Origin: Pirellulales bacterium
GTDB taxonomy: Bacteria > Planctomycetota > Planctomycetia > Pirellulales > UBA1268
DNA: 64,000 nucleotides
Assembly: GCA_040260935.1 (NCBI GenBank)
Contig: JBDQOY010000194.1
Location: 717 to 64,716, forward strand
Reading direction: 5' to 3'
The notes under the pieces are model-generated. The model worked only from the letters and a program-made list of their open reading frames with translations, was not told the origin of the DNA and searched no databases. The position numbers were made by a program, and so were the translations under genes. How positions within the stretch are numbered: the stretch's first letter is position 1; every line of letters begins with the position of its first letter. This document shows positions 17,698-29,213 of this stretch, piece by piece.

Positions 17698-20301
17698 TCA
17701 ATAGCGACCGATGGCTTCCCGCAGGTTCAGCACGACCCGGGCGGTGGCTGTCCAGGCAGCCAGTTCGGTGGGGTCGAGTGTTTCATCCCGAGATGCGACG
17801 CCGACATGGAGCAACGCCGTGGCTGCCTCGGGGTCGGCGTGATAGTCCTGCCGACGCCGGTGCAGCAGGTCACCCAGCAGGGACTGCTCGGTCCCATCGG
17901 GTGGCCGGGAAACGGTTAGCCTCCAAAGCCTGCTGAGGCGGGTGGTGTCGTCGGCGTTTTCGGCCAACACCCGCTCGGCAAGTTTGCGGGCGGCTTCCAC
18001 AAACGTCGGGTCATTGAGGAGCACAAGCGCTGCCTTGGGCGTGTTGGACCGCATCCGCACCGCCGTGCATTCCTCCCGCGTCGGCGCGTCAAAGGCCAGT
18101 AACTGGGGGTGCAGGAACATCCGCTGCCAGTGCACGTAGAGGCCTCGTCGCCACTGCTGCTGGTTGTTGTCTCGCTTGTAGGTTCGTTTGGGAAAGTTCA
18201 GGTGCTGGTAATAGCCGGCCGGCTGGTATGGATGCACACTTGAGCCCCCGAGTTGTTCGATCAGCAGGCCACTCGCTGCCAGCGCGGCATCACGCACGCC
18301 CTCGGCCGGATACCGCCACCGGCCCTGACGAGCCAGCAGGCGATTGTCAGGGTCACGGGCCAGCATTTCGGTGGATGCGTTCGAGGTCATTCGGTAGGCC
18401 TCGCTGGTGACGATTGCACGGATCAAGTGCCGGAGATCCCAGCCCTGTTCAATCAGTTCCAACGCCAAGCGGTCGAGCAGTTCCGGATGGTCAGGGGGCT
18501 CTCCCTGGCCACCAAAGTCATCCGCGGATCGACAGAGGCCCGCTCCGAAGAACAACGCCCAGATCCGGTTGGCCGTCACCCGAGCGGTCAACTCACCGAT
18601 GCCCCCCTCTGCCACCGGCGTCACCAGCCAGCGGGCCAAGTCGGCCCGGTTGGCTCGGCCGGCTGTCTTCAGTTCGCCGAGAAACGCCGGAATGGCCGGC
18701 TCGACCACCGGCCCAGTCTCATTCATCCAGTCGCCCCGGGGCAGCACCCGTACCGTTCTCGGCTCAGCCAGTTGCCGGGTCACCATCAGCCGCCGGGTGA
18801 GTTCCTTCCGCTGCTTTTCCAGCTCGGCCAGCTGCCGCCGTTCTTCGGTGACAGATGCTGGTTCCGGTGGCGACGCAGCCACCTCGGCTGAAGCCGCGTT
18901 GGCTTCCGGGCTCTTCTCGGCCGCTGGTTGCGGACGGGGTGGGAGCCGTTTCCGGATCGTCTGGATTTCAGCGTCAAGCGCTGCCACCCGCTCGCGGTCA
19001 AACGGACCGATCACGGTCTGCTCTGGTTCGCGAGTCGTCGGAAGCTTGTTGGGGGCACCGCCAAACCCTGCCTTCCCCATGTGCTTCTCATCGTCGATGT
19101 CCGCGAAGAAGGCGCCGAGGGCGTAGAAGTCATGGCTGGTGTATGGGTCGTACTTATGATCATGGCACTGGGCACAGCCGACCGTTGCCCCGAGCCAGAC
19201 CCCGGAAACGTTGCGGATGCGATCGGCCTGATAGATCGCCCGGTACTCCTTGACTTGCAGCCCGCCTTCGTGGGTTGTCTGGAGCAGGCGGTTGTAGGCG
19301 GCAGCCAACACGTGATCGTCAGGGTGTTCACCGGGCGCCGGCTCAATCAGGTCGCCGGCCAGTTGCAGCAGCGTGAACCGGTCAAACGGGAGGTTGTCAT
19401 GGAAGGCGGCGATGACCCAGTCACGGTAGGGTGAGGCGTTGTGCGTCTGATCACCGTGATAGCCGACGGTGTCGGCGTAGCGAACGAGATCGAGCCACCA
19501 GGTGGCCATTCGCTCCGCGTGTCGAGGAGAAGTCAGCAGCCGATCGACCAGCCGCTCGTAGCGGTCAGCAGTGGTGTCGGCGAGATAGGCATCAACCTCT
19601 GCCGGTGTTGGAGGCAGTCCGGTCAGATCGAAGGTGACCCGCCGCACAAGGGTGATCGGGTCGGTCGCCGCTGCTGGTTCCAATCCTTCTGCCGCAAGGT
19701 CGGCGAGAATGAACCGGTCGATCCAGGTTTTGGACCACAACTCGTCGTTCCCTTCCGGCAGCGGCTGCCGCTGGGGCGGCACGTAGGCCCAGTGCGGCTG
19801 ATAGGCGGCCCCCTCTGCGATCCAACGGGTGAGCAAGTCTTTCTGCGCGGCAGTGAGCACATGGTTGCTCTCCGGCGGCGGCATGATGAGATCCGGATCG
19901 GTCTCGTTGATGCGGGCGACCAGGTCACTCTCGGAGGGGCTTCCCGGCACGATCGCCCGCAGCCCACTGTCCAATTCCGCAACGGCGGCAGCCCGTTCAT
20001 CGAGCCGCAGGCCCGCCTGGCGGTCATGCTCATCCGGTCCGTGGCAAGCAATGCAGTTGTGCGACAGGATCGGGCGGATGTCGCGGTTGAATGAGATCGC
20101 CGTCGGCTGGGCCCCGTTCGCCACGCCAAACCAAATAGCGACGAACGCCAGGGGCAGCCAGAACAGCCAGCCCTGGCGAGGGGGGAATCGGCTGGGGCCA
20201 GGCCGGAGGGAAAAACTGCGGCAACAAATCATGGAACCGTCTGTTCGCAGGTTGGGGCTCTTTGCGCCCCTCAGGAATGTTCTGTTGGGGCTAACGTGCA
20301 C
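17698..20301 (-). CDS. PSCyt1/DUF1549/DUF1553 (PSD1) domain-containing protein
   Basis: CIACHGPDEHDRQAGLRLD is the planctomycete cytochrome c motif. CAQCHDHKYDP is also present, together with the DUF1553-like C-terminal half. The start is uncertain: GTG at 20301 or ATG at 20232. Confidence 0.85.
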   Translation of the reverse strand: MHVSPNRTFLRGAKSPNLRTDGSMICCRSFSLRPGPSRFPPRQGWLFWLPLAFVAIWFGVANGAQPTAISFNRDIRPILSHNCIACHGPDEHDRQAGLRLDERAAAVAELDSGLRAIVPGSPSESDLVARINETDPDLIMPPPESNHVLTAAQKDLLTRWIAEGAAYQPHWAYVPPQRQPLPEGNDELWSKTWIDRFILADLAAEGLEPAAATDPITLVRRVTFDLTGLPPTPAEVDAYLADTTADRYERLVDRLLTSPRHAERMATWWLDLVRYADTVGYHGDQTHNASPYRDWVIAAFHDNLPFDRFTLLQLAGDLIEPAPGEHPDDHVLAAAYNRLLQTTHEGGLQVKEYRAIYQADRIRNVSGVWLGATVGCAQCHDHKYDPYTSHDFYALGAFFADIDDEKHMGKAGFGGAPNKLPTTREPEQTVIGPFDRERVAALDAEIQTIRKRLPPRPQPAAEKSPEANAASAEVAASPPEPASVTEERRQLAELEKQRKELTRRLMVTRQLAEPRTVRVLPRGDWMNETGPVVEPAIPAFLGELKTAGRANRADLARWLVTPVAEGGIGELTARVTANRIWALFFGAGLCRSADDFGGQGEPPDHPELLDRLALELIEQGWDLRHLIRAIVTSEAYRMTSNASTEMLARDPDNRLLARQGRWRYPAEGVRDAALAASGLLIEQLGGSSVHPYQPAGYYQHLNFPKRTYKRDNNQQQWRRGLYVHWQRMFLHPQLLAFDAPTREECTAVRMRSNTPKAALVLLNDPTFVEAARKLAERVLAENADDTTRLSRLWRLTVSRPPDGTEQSLLGDLLHRRRQDYHADPEAATALLHVGVASRDETLDPTELAAWTATARVVLNLREAIGRY

Positions 20302-20432
20302 AACCTTAAGGTCGGGCGGCAGGCCTGATTACTAACCAAATAGTCGTATCGTAGGCTTTGCTGGCCTCACGGATAAGAAAAATGCTTGTTGACGCTTTTG
20401 CCCACCGGGGCCCGCGAGGCTGCTGGGGCTCG

Positions 20433-20461
20433 TTGACGCCCCCCCGTTTCGCCCGTAGATT
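20433..20461 (+). promoter_or_regulatory. sigma-70-like promoter candidate for ppdK (TTGACG-N17-TAGATT)
   Basis: I read TTGACG at 20433-20438 and TAGATT at 20456-20461, separated by a 17-nt spacer. The candidate lies about 85 nt upstream of the ppdK ATG. Two short hairpins (CGACGA/TCGTCG and GTGCAG/CTGCAC) follow it. Confidence 0.4.
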
Positions 20462-20544
20462 CTCAGTCCGACGACAGAAAAGCATCGTCGTGCAGCACGG
20501 TTTCTGCACGGCTCACCCCCGACCAGGAAAGGTTCCGACCCCCG

Positions 20545-23325
<2,781 letters not shown>

Positions 23326-23367
23326 CCTGCTGATGTCGGCCCTGCCGACGCGACTTCAGGTGTTGGT

Positions 23368-24798
23368 ATGGAACTCACCTACGAAGCCACTGCCCTGGCC
23401 TGGATTCTGGCCGGGGTAGTGGTGCTCTGGGTCACCGAGGCACTGCCCCTGCCCGTCTCCGCGTTGCTGGCGGCAGTGGCCTGCGTGATCGGTGGCGTGG
23501 CCCCGGCGGCTGATGTCTTTCGGCCCTTCTCCCAGCCGCTGGTGTTTTTGTTCATCGGCTCGTTCATTCTGGCGGAGGCAATCCGCATCCATCGGCTCGA
23601 TCGACGGCTGGCGTTTGCGGTGCTGGCGCTGCCCGTGGTGGGGGAGTCACCGCTGCGGATCATGCTGGCGGTGGCGGCTATCTCGGGGGTGGTGAGCGGC
23701 TTCATCTCCAACACCGCCACCACCGCGATGATGGTGGCCATCGTGGTGGGCATGCTTGATGCCGTCACGGAGGCTGGCAATCGCTCCGGCCACCAGCCGG
23801 CTCCTGCATTTGCCACGGGTTTGCTTCTCTGCGTTGCGTTTGCCGCTTCGATCGGCGGTCTGGCAACCCCGATTGGCACGCCCCCGAATGTGATTGGGCT
23901 CGCTTTCATCGACCAGCAACTCAACGTGCAGATCAGTTTTTTCGAGTGGTGCCTCGTCGGTGGTCCGGTAGCCCTCTGTTTGATCAGCGTTGCCACCCTC
24001 CTGTTAGCGGTGGCCTTTCCGGCTGGTGTACCCCGGATCGAAGGCATGAGCCGTCTGGTCGCTGACCAGCGGCGGCAGCTTGGATTCTGGACAGTGGCGC
24101 AGCGTTCGACGGCTTTGGCATTTGCCGTGACCGTGGCCCTCTGGGTGACGCCGGGGCTGTTGGCTCTTTCGCTTGGGGCGAAGCATCCGCTCTGCCAGTG
24201 GTTTCGGGGGCACATTCCCGAAGGTGTGGCTGCCATCCTTGGTGCGATTCTCTTGTTCGTCCTGCCTGGAAACCGGGCGGCTGGTGACCGGCGTCGCCCC
24301 CGTGTGCTTACCTGGCAGCAGGCCGCCGGAATCGACTGGGGCATCATTCTGCTCTACGGCGGTGGCATGGCACTCGGCTCACTCGCCTTTCAGACGGGCC
24401 TAGCCGAAGCGATTGGCACGGGGCTGACTAGCTGGTTGCCGACGGGAAGTGGCACCTGGCTGCTTGTCGCTGCGGCCTCCGTCGTCGCCGTCTTCACCAG
24501 TGAATTCACCAGCAATACGGCCAGCGCCAATATGGTGGTGCCGGTCGCCATCGCCCTGGCTATTGCCGCCGGTGGCGATCCGCTTGCGACGGCCATTGCA
24601 GCCACGCTCGCCGCCAGTCTCGGCTTCATGATGCCGGTCAGCACCCCCTGCAATGCCATCGTCTACGGAACCGGCCGCGTCCCATTACGGGCGATGATGA
24701 AGGCCGGGGTGCTGCTCGACATGGTCGGCGCGGCTGTGATCACAGCGCTTGTCCTAACGTTGGCACCGCAGGTGTTCGGAGCCTACGTACCCGGATAG
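23368..24798 (+). CDS. SLC13/DASS-family anion:sodium symporter (ArsB/NhaD permease superfamily)
   Basis: The 476-aa product is polytopic. The hairpin-like motifs SGFISNTATTAMM and SEFTSNTASANMVVP are typical of DASS transporters. Confidence 0.75.
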   Translation: MELTYEATALAWILAGVVVLWVTEALPLPVSALLAAVACVIGGVAPAADVFRPFSQPLVFLFIGSFILAEAIRIHRLDRRLAFAVLALPVVGESPLRIMLAVAAISGVVSGFISNTATTAMMVAIVVGMLDAVTEAGNRSGHQPAPAFATGLLLCVAFAASIGGLATPIGTPPNVIGLAFIDQQLNVQISFFEWCLVGGPVALCLISVATLLLAVAFPAGVPRIEGMSRLVADQRRQLGFWTVAQRSTALAFAVTVALWVTPGLLALSLGAKHPLCQWFRGHIPEGVAAILGAILLFVLPGNRAAGDRRRPRVLTWQQAAGIDWGIILLYGGGMALGSLAFQTGLAEAIGTGLTSWLPTGSGTWLLVAAASVVAVFTSEFTSNTASANMVVPVAIALAIAAGGDPLATAIAATLAASLGFMMPVSTPCNAIVYGTGRVPLRAMMKAGVLLDMVGAAVITALVLTLAPQVFGAYVPG

Positions 24799-25193
24799 AG
24801 CGGCATGCCGCAGTGGTGGCAGTGCGGCACCGACAGTGGACGGGGCGAGGGCATGAAGCCTTTCCGCCAGCCATGGAACCGTGGAAACGCCGGTGGCAGG
24901 TCGATGCAGTGCTCGCGGGCCTCTTGCCGAGCCTGAAGCTGCCCACAAGGATCGGCATGAAAGAGTGTTGGTGGCGGACAGCAGGGGCGATTACAGCAGG
25001 GATCGGCAACATTGCCATGCCAGGGCGGCTGGCGGTCGGTCTGGCAATCGCAGGCAGCGGGCCTCACCAATGACGGCATGACCACCTCTCCGGCAGTCCC
25101 AGTCGCGGAACAGAACACGCCAGCAACGGCCACGAACGCGGGGACCCAGATCCACGCATGGCGATAGTGGCGGGCATATGGCTCTGAATGCAT
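24783..25193 (-). CDS. small secreted Cys/Pro-rich hypothetical protein
   Basis: I took the start at MHSEPYARHYRHAWIWVPAFVAVAGVFCSA, which looks like a signal peptide. It is followed by CDC..DPCCNRPCCPPP..LPPAFPRFHG..PHCHHCG. The upstream part of the 236-aa ORF looks non-coding. Confidence 0.4.
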   Translation of the reverse strand: MHSEPYARHYRHAWIWVPAFVAVAGVFCSATGTAGEVVMPSLVRPAACDCQTDRQPPWHGNVADPCCNRPCCPPPTLFHADPCGQLQARQEAREHCIDLPPAFPRFHGWRKGFMPSPRPLSVPHCHHCGMPLYPGT

Positions 25194-25695
25194 CACTCTA
25201 TACTCCATCCGGCCTCGAGGGGTTGGCCGGGCGACACCTGCCCTGAGCCGACACTGCCTGCTCCCACCGTTCGCGTTTGCGGGAGCGACAAGGCAGCCCG
25301 AGACGCTGGCCGCCTGCCATCGATGGAAATCGACCCCGACTGAGACGGGCGTGAGTGATGCCGCGAAAGGTTGCCCCATGGCGGTTGAACCGAACGAAAC
25401 GATCGGTTCTGGCGTAGGGGTAGTGCGTGTCATGCGTCCAGCGGGTGCCCGCTGGTGAAGGGGAGTGGCGGTGTAACCCACAAAAGTGTCCAAGACATTC
25501 GGTTGGATGAGCTAGCAGGGGGCTCGCGGCCTGAGAGGCTGTTGACGCCCGGAAAACCCCGGCTACTGTTATGCAAAACGTTTGCACCTGCAAATAACTT
25601 GCGTGACTTTCGCCCGGGAGTCGGGCATACTAATCCGGGCGTTTCAGCCGTTCTTTCTGTTTTTCTTCGTTGCTCTTCGGATTGGATTGTCTGCC

Positions 25696-26643
25696 ATGAA
25701 CAAGTTTCCCGTCCAGAACCTTCGCCAGGGCCAGTCTGCCCTGCGTCCGGCCTTCACCCTCATCGAACTGTTGGTCGTCATCGCGGTCATCGGCGTCTTG
25801 GTCGGCCTGCTTTTGCCAGCCGTGCAACAGGCGCGGGAAGCCGCTCGAAGGCTGGCCTGCTCCAACAACATGAAGCAGATCGGCCTAGGCCTGCACAACT
25901 ACGCCCATGCCAATCGAGAGTATCTGCCCAAGGGCTGGATCAGCGATGCGGGCCATGAGGACGAAGGGTTGGGCTGGGGCTGGAGTGCCCAGATTCTGCC
26001 GTTCTTGGAGCAGAACGTGATCCATGACCAAATGAATTTCAGGACGAGCATTGCCTCACACGGCAGCGGTGTGAAAACGGCAGCGATTGAGACCTTCCTC
26101 TGTCCTTCCGATGTCCGGGACGGCGCCCAGACCTTTGCCATCGGTGAGGAGTCGGGCTGCGACGAGGACAGCCCCGACACCAGCGCGGCCGGTGATGTCT
26201 ATGGGCTGTCGAACTACGTCGGCGTTTTTGGTGCTGACCATATGGACCATGGTCATGGTGGCGGTGGTGGTCACACTGGCCTCGATCCGGACGATGGTGA
26301 TGGCGTTTTCTTTGCCAACAGCCGTGTCCCTTTCCGGCACATTACGGATGGCCTGAGCAAGACCATTGCTGTCGGTGAGCGGGATTCCCGGATTGGTGGG
26401 AGTACGTGGATTGGTATGATCGAAGGCAAATGCGAGGCCATGTCCCGGGTGGTAGGTGTCGGCGAACATATGTTCAATGAAGCGGATCCCCATTTCGAGG
26501 ATTTTTACAGCCAGCATCCCAATGGCATGAATGTTGTCTTTGCCGATGGGCATGTCGCCTTCCTGCCGAGTTCGATGCAGGAAGCAACCTTCCAGGCTCT
26601 CTGTACCCGCAAAGGCGGGGAGCCGGTCAGTTCTGGCTACTGA
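25696..26643 (+). CDS. DUF1559 domain-containing protein with a prepilin-type N-terminal cleavage/methylation motif
   Basis: RPAFTLIELLVVIAVIGVLVGLLLPAVQQAREAARRLACSNNMKQIGLGLHNY is the stereotyped planctomycete type II pseudopilin/DUF1559 N-terminus. The start is ATG 25696. Confidence 0.9.
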   Translation: MNKFPVQNLRQGQSALRPAFTLIELLVVIAVIGVLVGLLLPAVQQAREAARRLACSNNMKQIGLGLHNYAHANREYLPKGWISDAGHEDEGLGWGWSAQILPFLEQNVIHDQMNFRTSIASHGSGVKTAAIETFLCPSDVRDGAQTFAIGEESGCDEDSPDTSAAGDVYGLSNYVGVFGADHMDHGHGGGGGHTGLDPDDGDGVFFANSRVPFRHITDGLSKTIAVGERDSRIGGSTWIGMIEGKCEAMSRVVGVGEHMFNEADPHFEDFYSQHPNGMNVVFADGHVAFLPSSMQEATFQALCTRKGGEPVSSGY

Positions 26644-26757
26644 GCTCTACTGACGGTCTGATGCCACCGTCTCGGTGAATTTCGGCTGAGCCTTTCGCTC
26701 GCTGCTGCTGGCGGCGTAGACTCCGCTGAAATTGTTTCCCCGCAGCGACTCATCATC

Positions 26758-27978
26758 TTGAATATTGACTTGGAGTACGGCACAGCCCACCCGCTGTCAC
26801 TCGATGTTCCGGCCGGCATCCCCGTGACGATGCATCACGGCCCCGAGGCCCTTGCTGAGCCAGCTTCCAGCCTTGAGATTGCCCTCACTCGGCCCGTGGC
26901 AGGACCGCCGCTGGCCGCCCATGTGGTGCCCGGAGATCGGGTGGTCATCGCCCTGGCTGGCGATTTGCCAGGGGGGCTGCCAACGCACGAACTGGTCCAG
27001 TGCGCGGTCACCGAGCAGTTGGTTGCCGGTGGTGTCGCACCAAGCGAGGTGAGGCTGCTCACAGCGCCGCCGCTGGCCTTGCTGGGGGAGCGGCCACCGG
27101 CAGGCCGGTCGGTTGACGCGGCAACCGTGTTCAACGCTGCGATGGCTGACGAAACCGCCTACCTGCTTGCTGATGACGAGGGGACGCCCCTGCACCTGGC
27201 CCGCCCCCTGGTTGACGCCGATGTGGTCATCGCGGTGGGAGGTTTTGGCTATGATGCCGCGCTCGGCGGCCGCTCGCCCGACGGAGAACTCTGGCCCGGC
27301 TTCGGCCGGCATGAACGGCAGCAGGCGTTCACACTCGGACTCCTCCGGAAACAGCGTTCGACGCTGGAAACCTGGCGAGAACTCACCGGACAGGTCACCT
27401 TCCAACTTGGCATCATGGCCTCCCTGAGGCTGGTCCGAGGCCGCGGCAACTCACTGGCGGGCATCAGTTTTGGTCTTCCGGAGGCCACCACTGCGGCGGC
27501 CCGCCAGTTGGCCCGCCCGTGGCGGCCCGCTGCCCCGGCAAGCGATCTGACCATTGGTGGCATCGCGACGGCGAACTGCGATATGGCGGCCGTCACCCGG
27601 GCTGTTGCTGCAGCCGCGCGGACGACCCGCCCCGGAGGCACAATCTGCATCGCATGTACCCTCAGCGAGTCCCCGGGTATTGTCTTCACGCGGTGGCGGC
27701 AGGCCGCGGAACTCGTGCCTCTGATTCGCGAGGCCGCGCATTCGGGTGACGCCAGCCTGATCACCGAGGGCCTCCAGACCAAACTCTTTGCCCGAGCACT
27801 TGGCGATCGCCGCCTGGTGCTGCTGTCTGGGCTCGACCAAGACCTTGTCGAGGATCTCGACATCGGCCATGCGAGTAGTCCAGATGCCATTGAACGGCTG
27901 ATGCACCAGGCGGACTCAGTCACGTTCCTCCATGAGGCTGACCATCTCTGTCCGAGGCGGGTAGAGGGCCGGGAATAA
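26758..27978 (+). CDS. LarA-like (lactate racemase N-terminal domain, DUF2088) protein, divergent
   Basis: The N-terminus IDLEYGTAHPLSLDVPAG..ALTRPVAGPPLAAHVVPGDRVVIAL follows the LarA_N pattern. The call is made by pattern memory only. Confidence 0.45.
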   Translation: MNIDLEYGTAHPLSLDVPAGIPVTMHHGPEALAEPASSLEIALTRPVAGPPLAAHVVPGDRVVIALAGDLPGGLPTHELVQCAVTEQLVAGGVAPSEVRLLTAPPLALLGERPPAGRSVDAATVFNAAMADETAYLLADDEGTPLHLARPLVDADVVIAVGGFGYDAALGGRSPDGELWPGFGRHERQQAFTLGLLRKQRSTLETWRELTGQVTFQLGIMASLRLVRGRGNSLAGISFGLPEATTAAARQLARPWRPAAPASDLTIGGIATANCDMAAVTRAVAAAARTTRPGGTICIACTLSESPGIVFTRWRQAAELVPLIREAAHSGDASLITEGLQTKLFARALGDRRLVLLSGLDQDLVEDLDIGHASSPDAIERLMHQADSVTFLHEADHLCPRRVEGRE

Positions 27979-29134
27979 GGGGCTGCCCAGTACGGGAGTC
28001 AAGGCGGAAACCAGTTCCGGAACCTGGGCAGTCGATCACCTCGCCGACGATCGCAGTCAGTGGCAGCCCGCCCCAGTGGCGGCTGTCCCGACTGGCCGCC
28101 GGGCAATCACCCAGCACAACCACCTGCCCCGGTGGCACTGACCAGTGGCTCTGGCCGGCGGGCGGCAGCCAGTGGACATCCCTCCAGACGACCAGCCTTC
28201 GTACGGTGAGGGCCGCTGCTGCGGACGGCCCCTGGTTCTGTTGGGAGCCATCCTCAGTCAGGACCGCAGCCGCCAGGGTCAACGGAAAAACCGACGGGGC
28301 GTCACTCACTGGGCTGGACGCCTGCCAGGCTGCCGGGGCCCAAGGCGGCAGGGCCGATCGGGCGGTCCCATCGAGCCATGCAGTAAGCAGGTGGTCTGTC
28401 TCCAGGTCCTGTGCGAGCGGCCACGCTGCGGCAACGAACTGCCCGTCGAGTCGTCCGGCGACAACGGCAACCAGACCGCTGCCTCGCACAACCATCCGGG
28501 CGGTCTGGGAACCGCAGCGGAGCGTAATCGCCAGCTCATCATTTTGGAGTTCACCTACCTCGATAACTGCCGCCAGTCCAGCATCCCGTACCGGCGTAAG
28601 CCGACGCCGTTCGTCAACCAGCCAGGGTGAGTCGTCATAGATCACCGGTGTGTCGTGCGGCTGTGGCTGCCGCGTCACCTGTTGTGGATCAACGGACAGT
28701 ACATCAGAGCCGGTCGCGTTCGCCGCCTGCCAGTGCCACGTGTCATCCGCCATGCTCCAGCCAGATGCCGTCCTGCTGCGGAGGGCCGTTCCATCGCCAA
28801 TCACGGTTGCCAGTTCGGCCAGCACCTGCGGCGACTTCACCAAGAGCGTGCCATCGGCGGTCAGGTCGCCTGCCAGGCAGGCAAGATGTTCACCGGGGAA
28901 CCCCAGCACTCGCTTGACGATCTGTGGGCCCGCATCAAGTTGGCAGATGACCCGAGCATACCGGCCTGGCGTTCCCACACGAGGACTCCAGTTGACCACG
29001 TCACCATCCCGCAGTGCGGGGGCCATCGAGTGGCCCACCACCCGGGCGAACCGGCAGGTGCTGTCATGTTCCAGGCAGCCGGATAGTACCACGGCGGCAG
29101 CCAGCGAGAGGGTGATTCGCCCGGACGCTATCAC
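27920..29134 (-). CDS. S26-family signal-peptidase-I-like protein, predicted lipoprotein, with a ~250-aa insertion
   Basis: The lipobox VVLSGC lies at residues 16-20. GHSMAPAL carries the Ser nucleophile box, IVKRVLGFPGE the Lys box, and GDCPAASRDSRHWG the box E. About 250 residues lie between the Lys box and box E. Confidence 0.75.
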   Translation of the reverse strand: MIASGRITLSLAAAVVLSGCLEHDSTCRFARVVGHSMAPALRDGDVVNWSPRVGTPGRYARVICQLDAGPQIVKRVLGFPGEHLACLAGDLTADGTLLVKSPQVLAELATVIGDGTALRSRTASGWSMADDTWHWQAANATGSDVLSVDPQQVTRQPQPHDTPVIYDDSPWLVDERRRLTPVRDAGLAAVIEVGELQNDELAITLRCGSQTARMVVRGSGLVAVVAGRLDGQFVAAAWPLAQDLETDHLLTAWLDGTARSALPPWAPAAWQASSPVSDAPSVFPLTLAAAVLTEDGSQQNQGPSAAAALTVRRLVVWRDVHWLPPAGQSHWSVPPGQVVVLGDCPAASRDSRHWGGLPLTAIVGEVIDCPGSGTGFRLDSRTGQPLIPGPLPASDRDGQPHGGT

Positions 29135-29213
29135 TGCATACTCCTGATGAGCCAGACGAGTGCCTCGGCAGACGAGGCAACGCCCCGCAAGCCATCCGGC
29201 GCGTACCTGGCGA

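Noticed and set aside
27920-27978. A 59-bp overlap of the convergent 3' ends of the LarA-like gene and the S26 peptidase gene.
   Set aside because: Both C-terminal tails lie beyond the conserved domains. Convergent overlaps of this size occur in compact high-GC genomes. There is no evidence of a frameshift or of functional significance.
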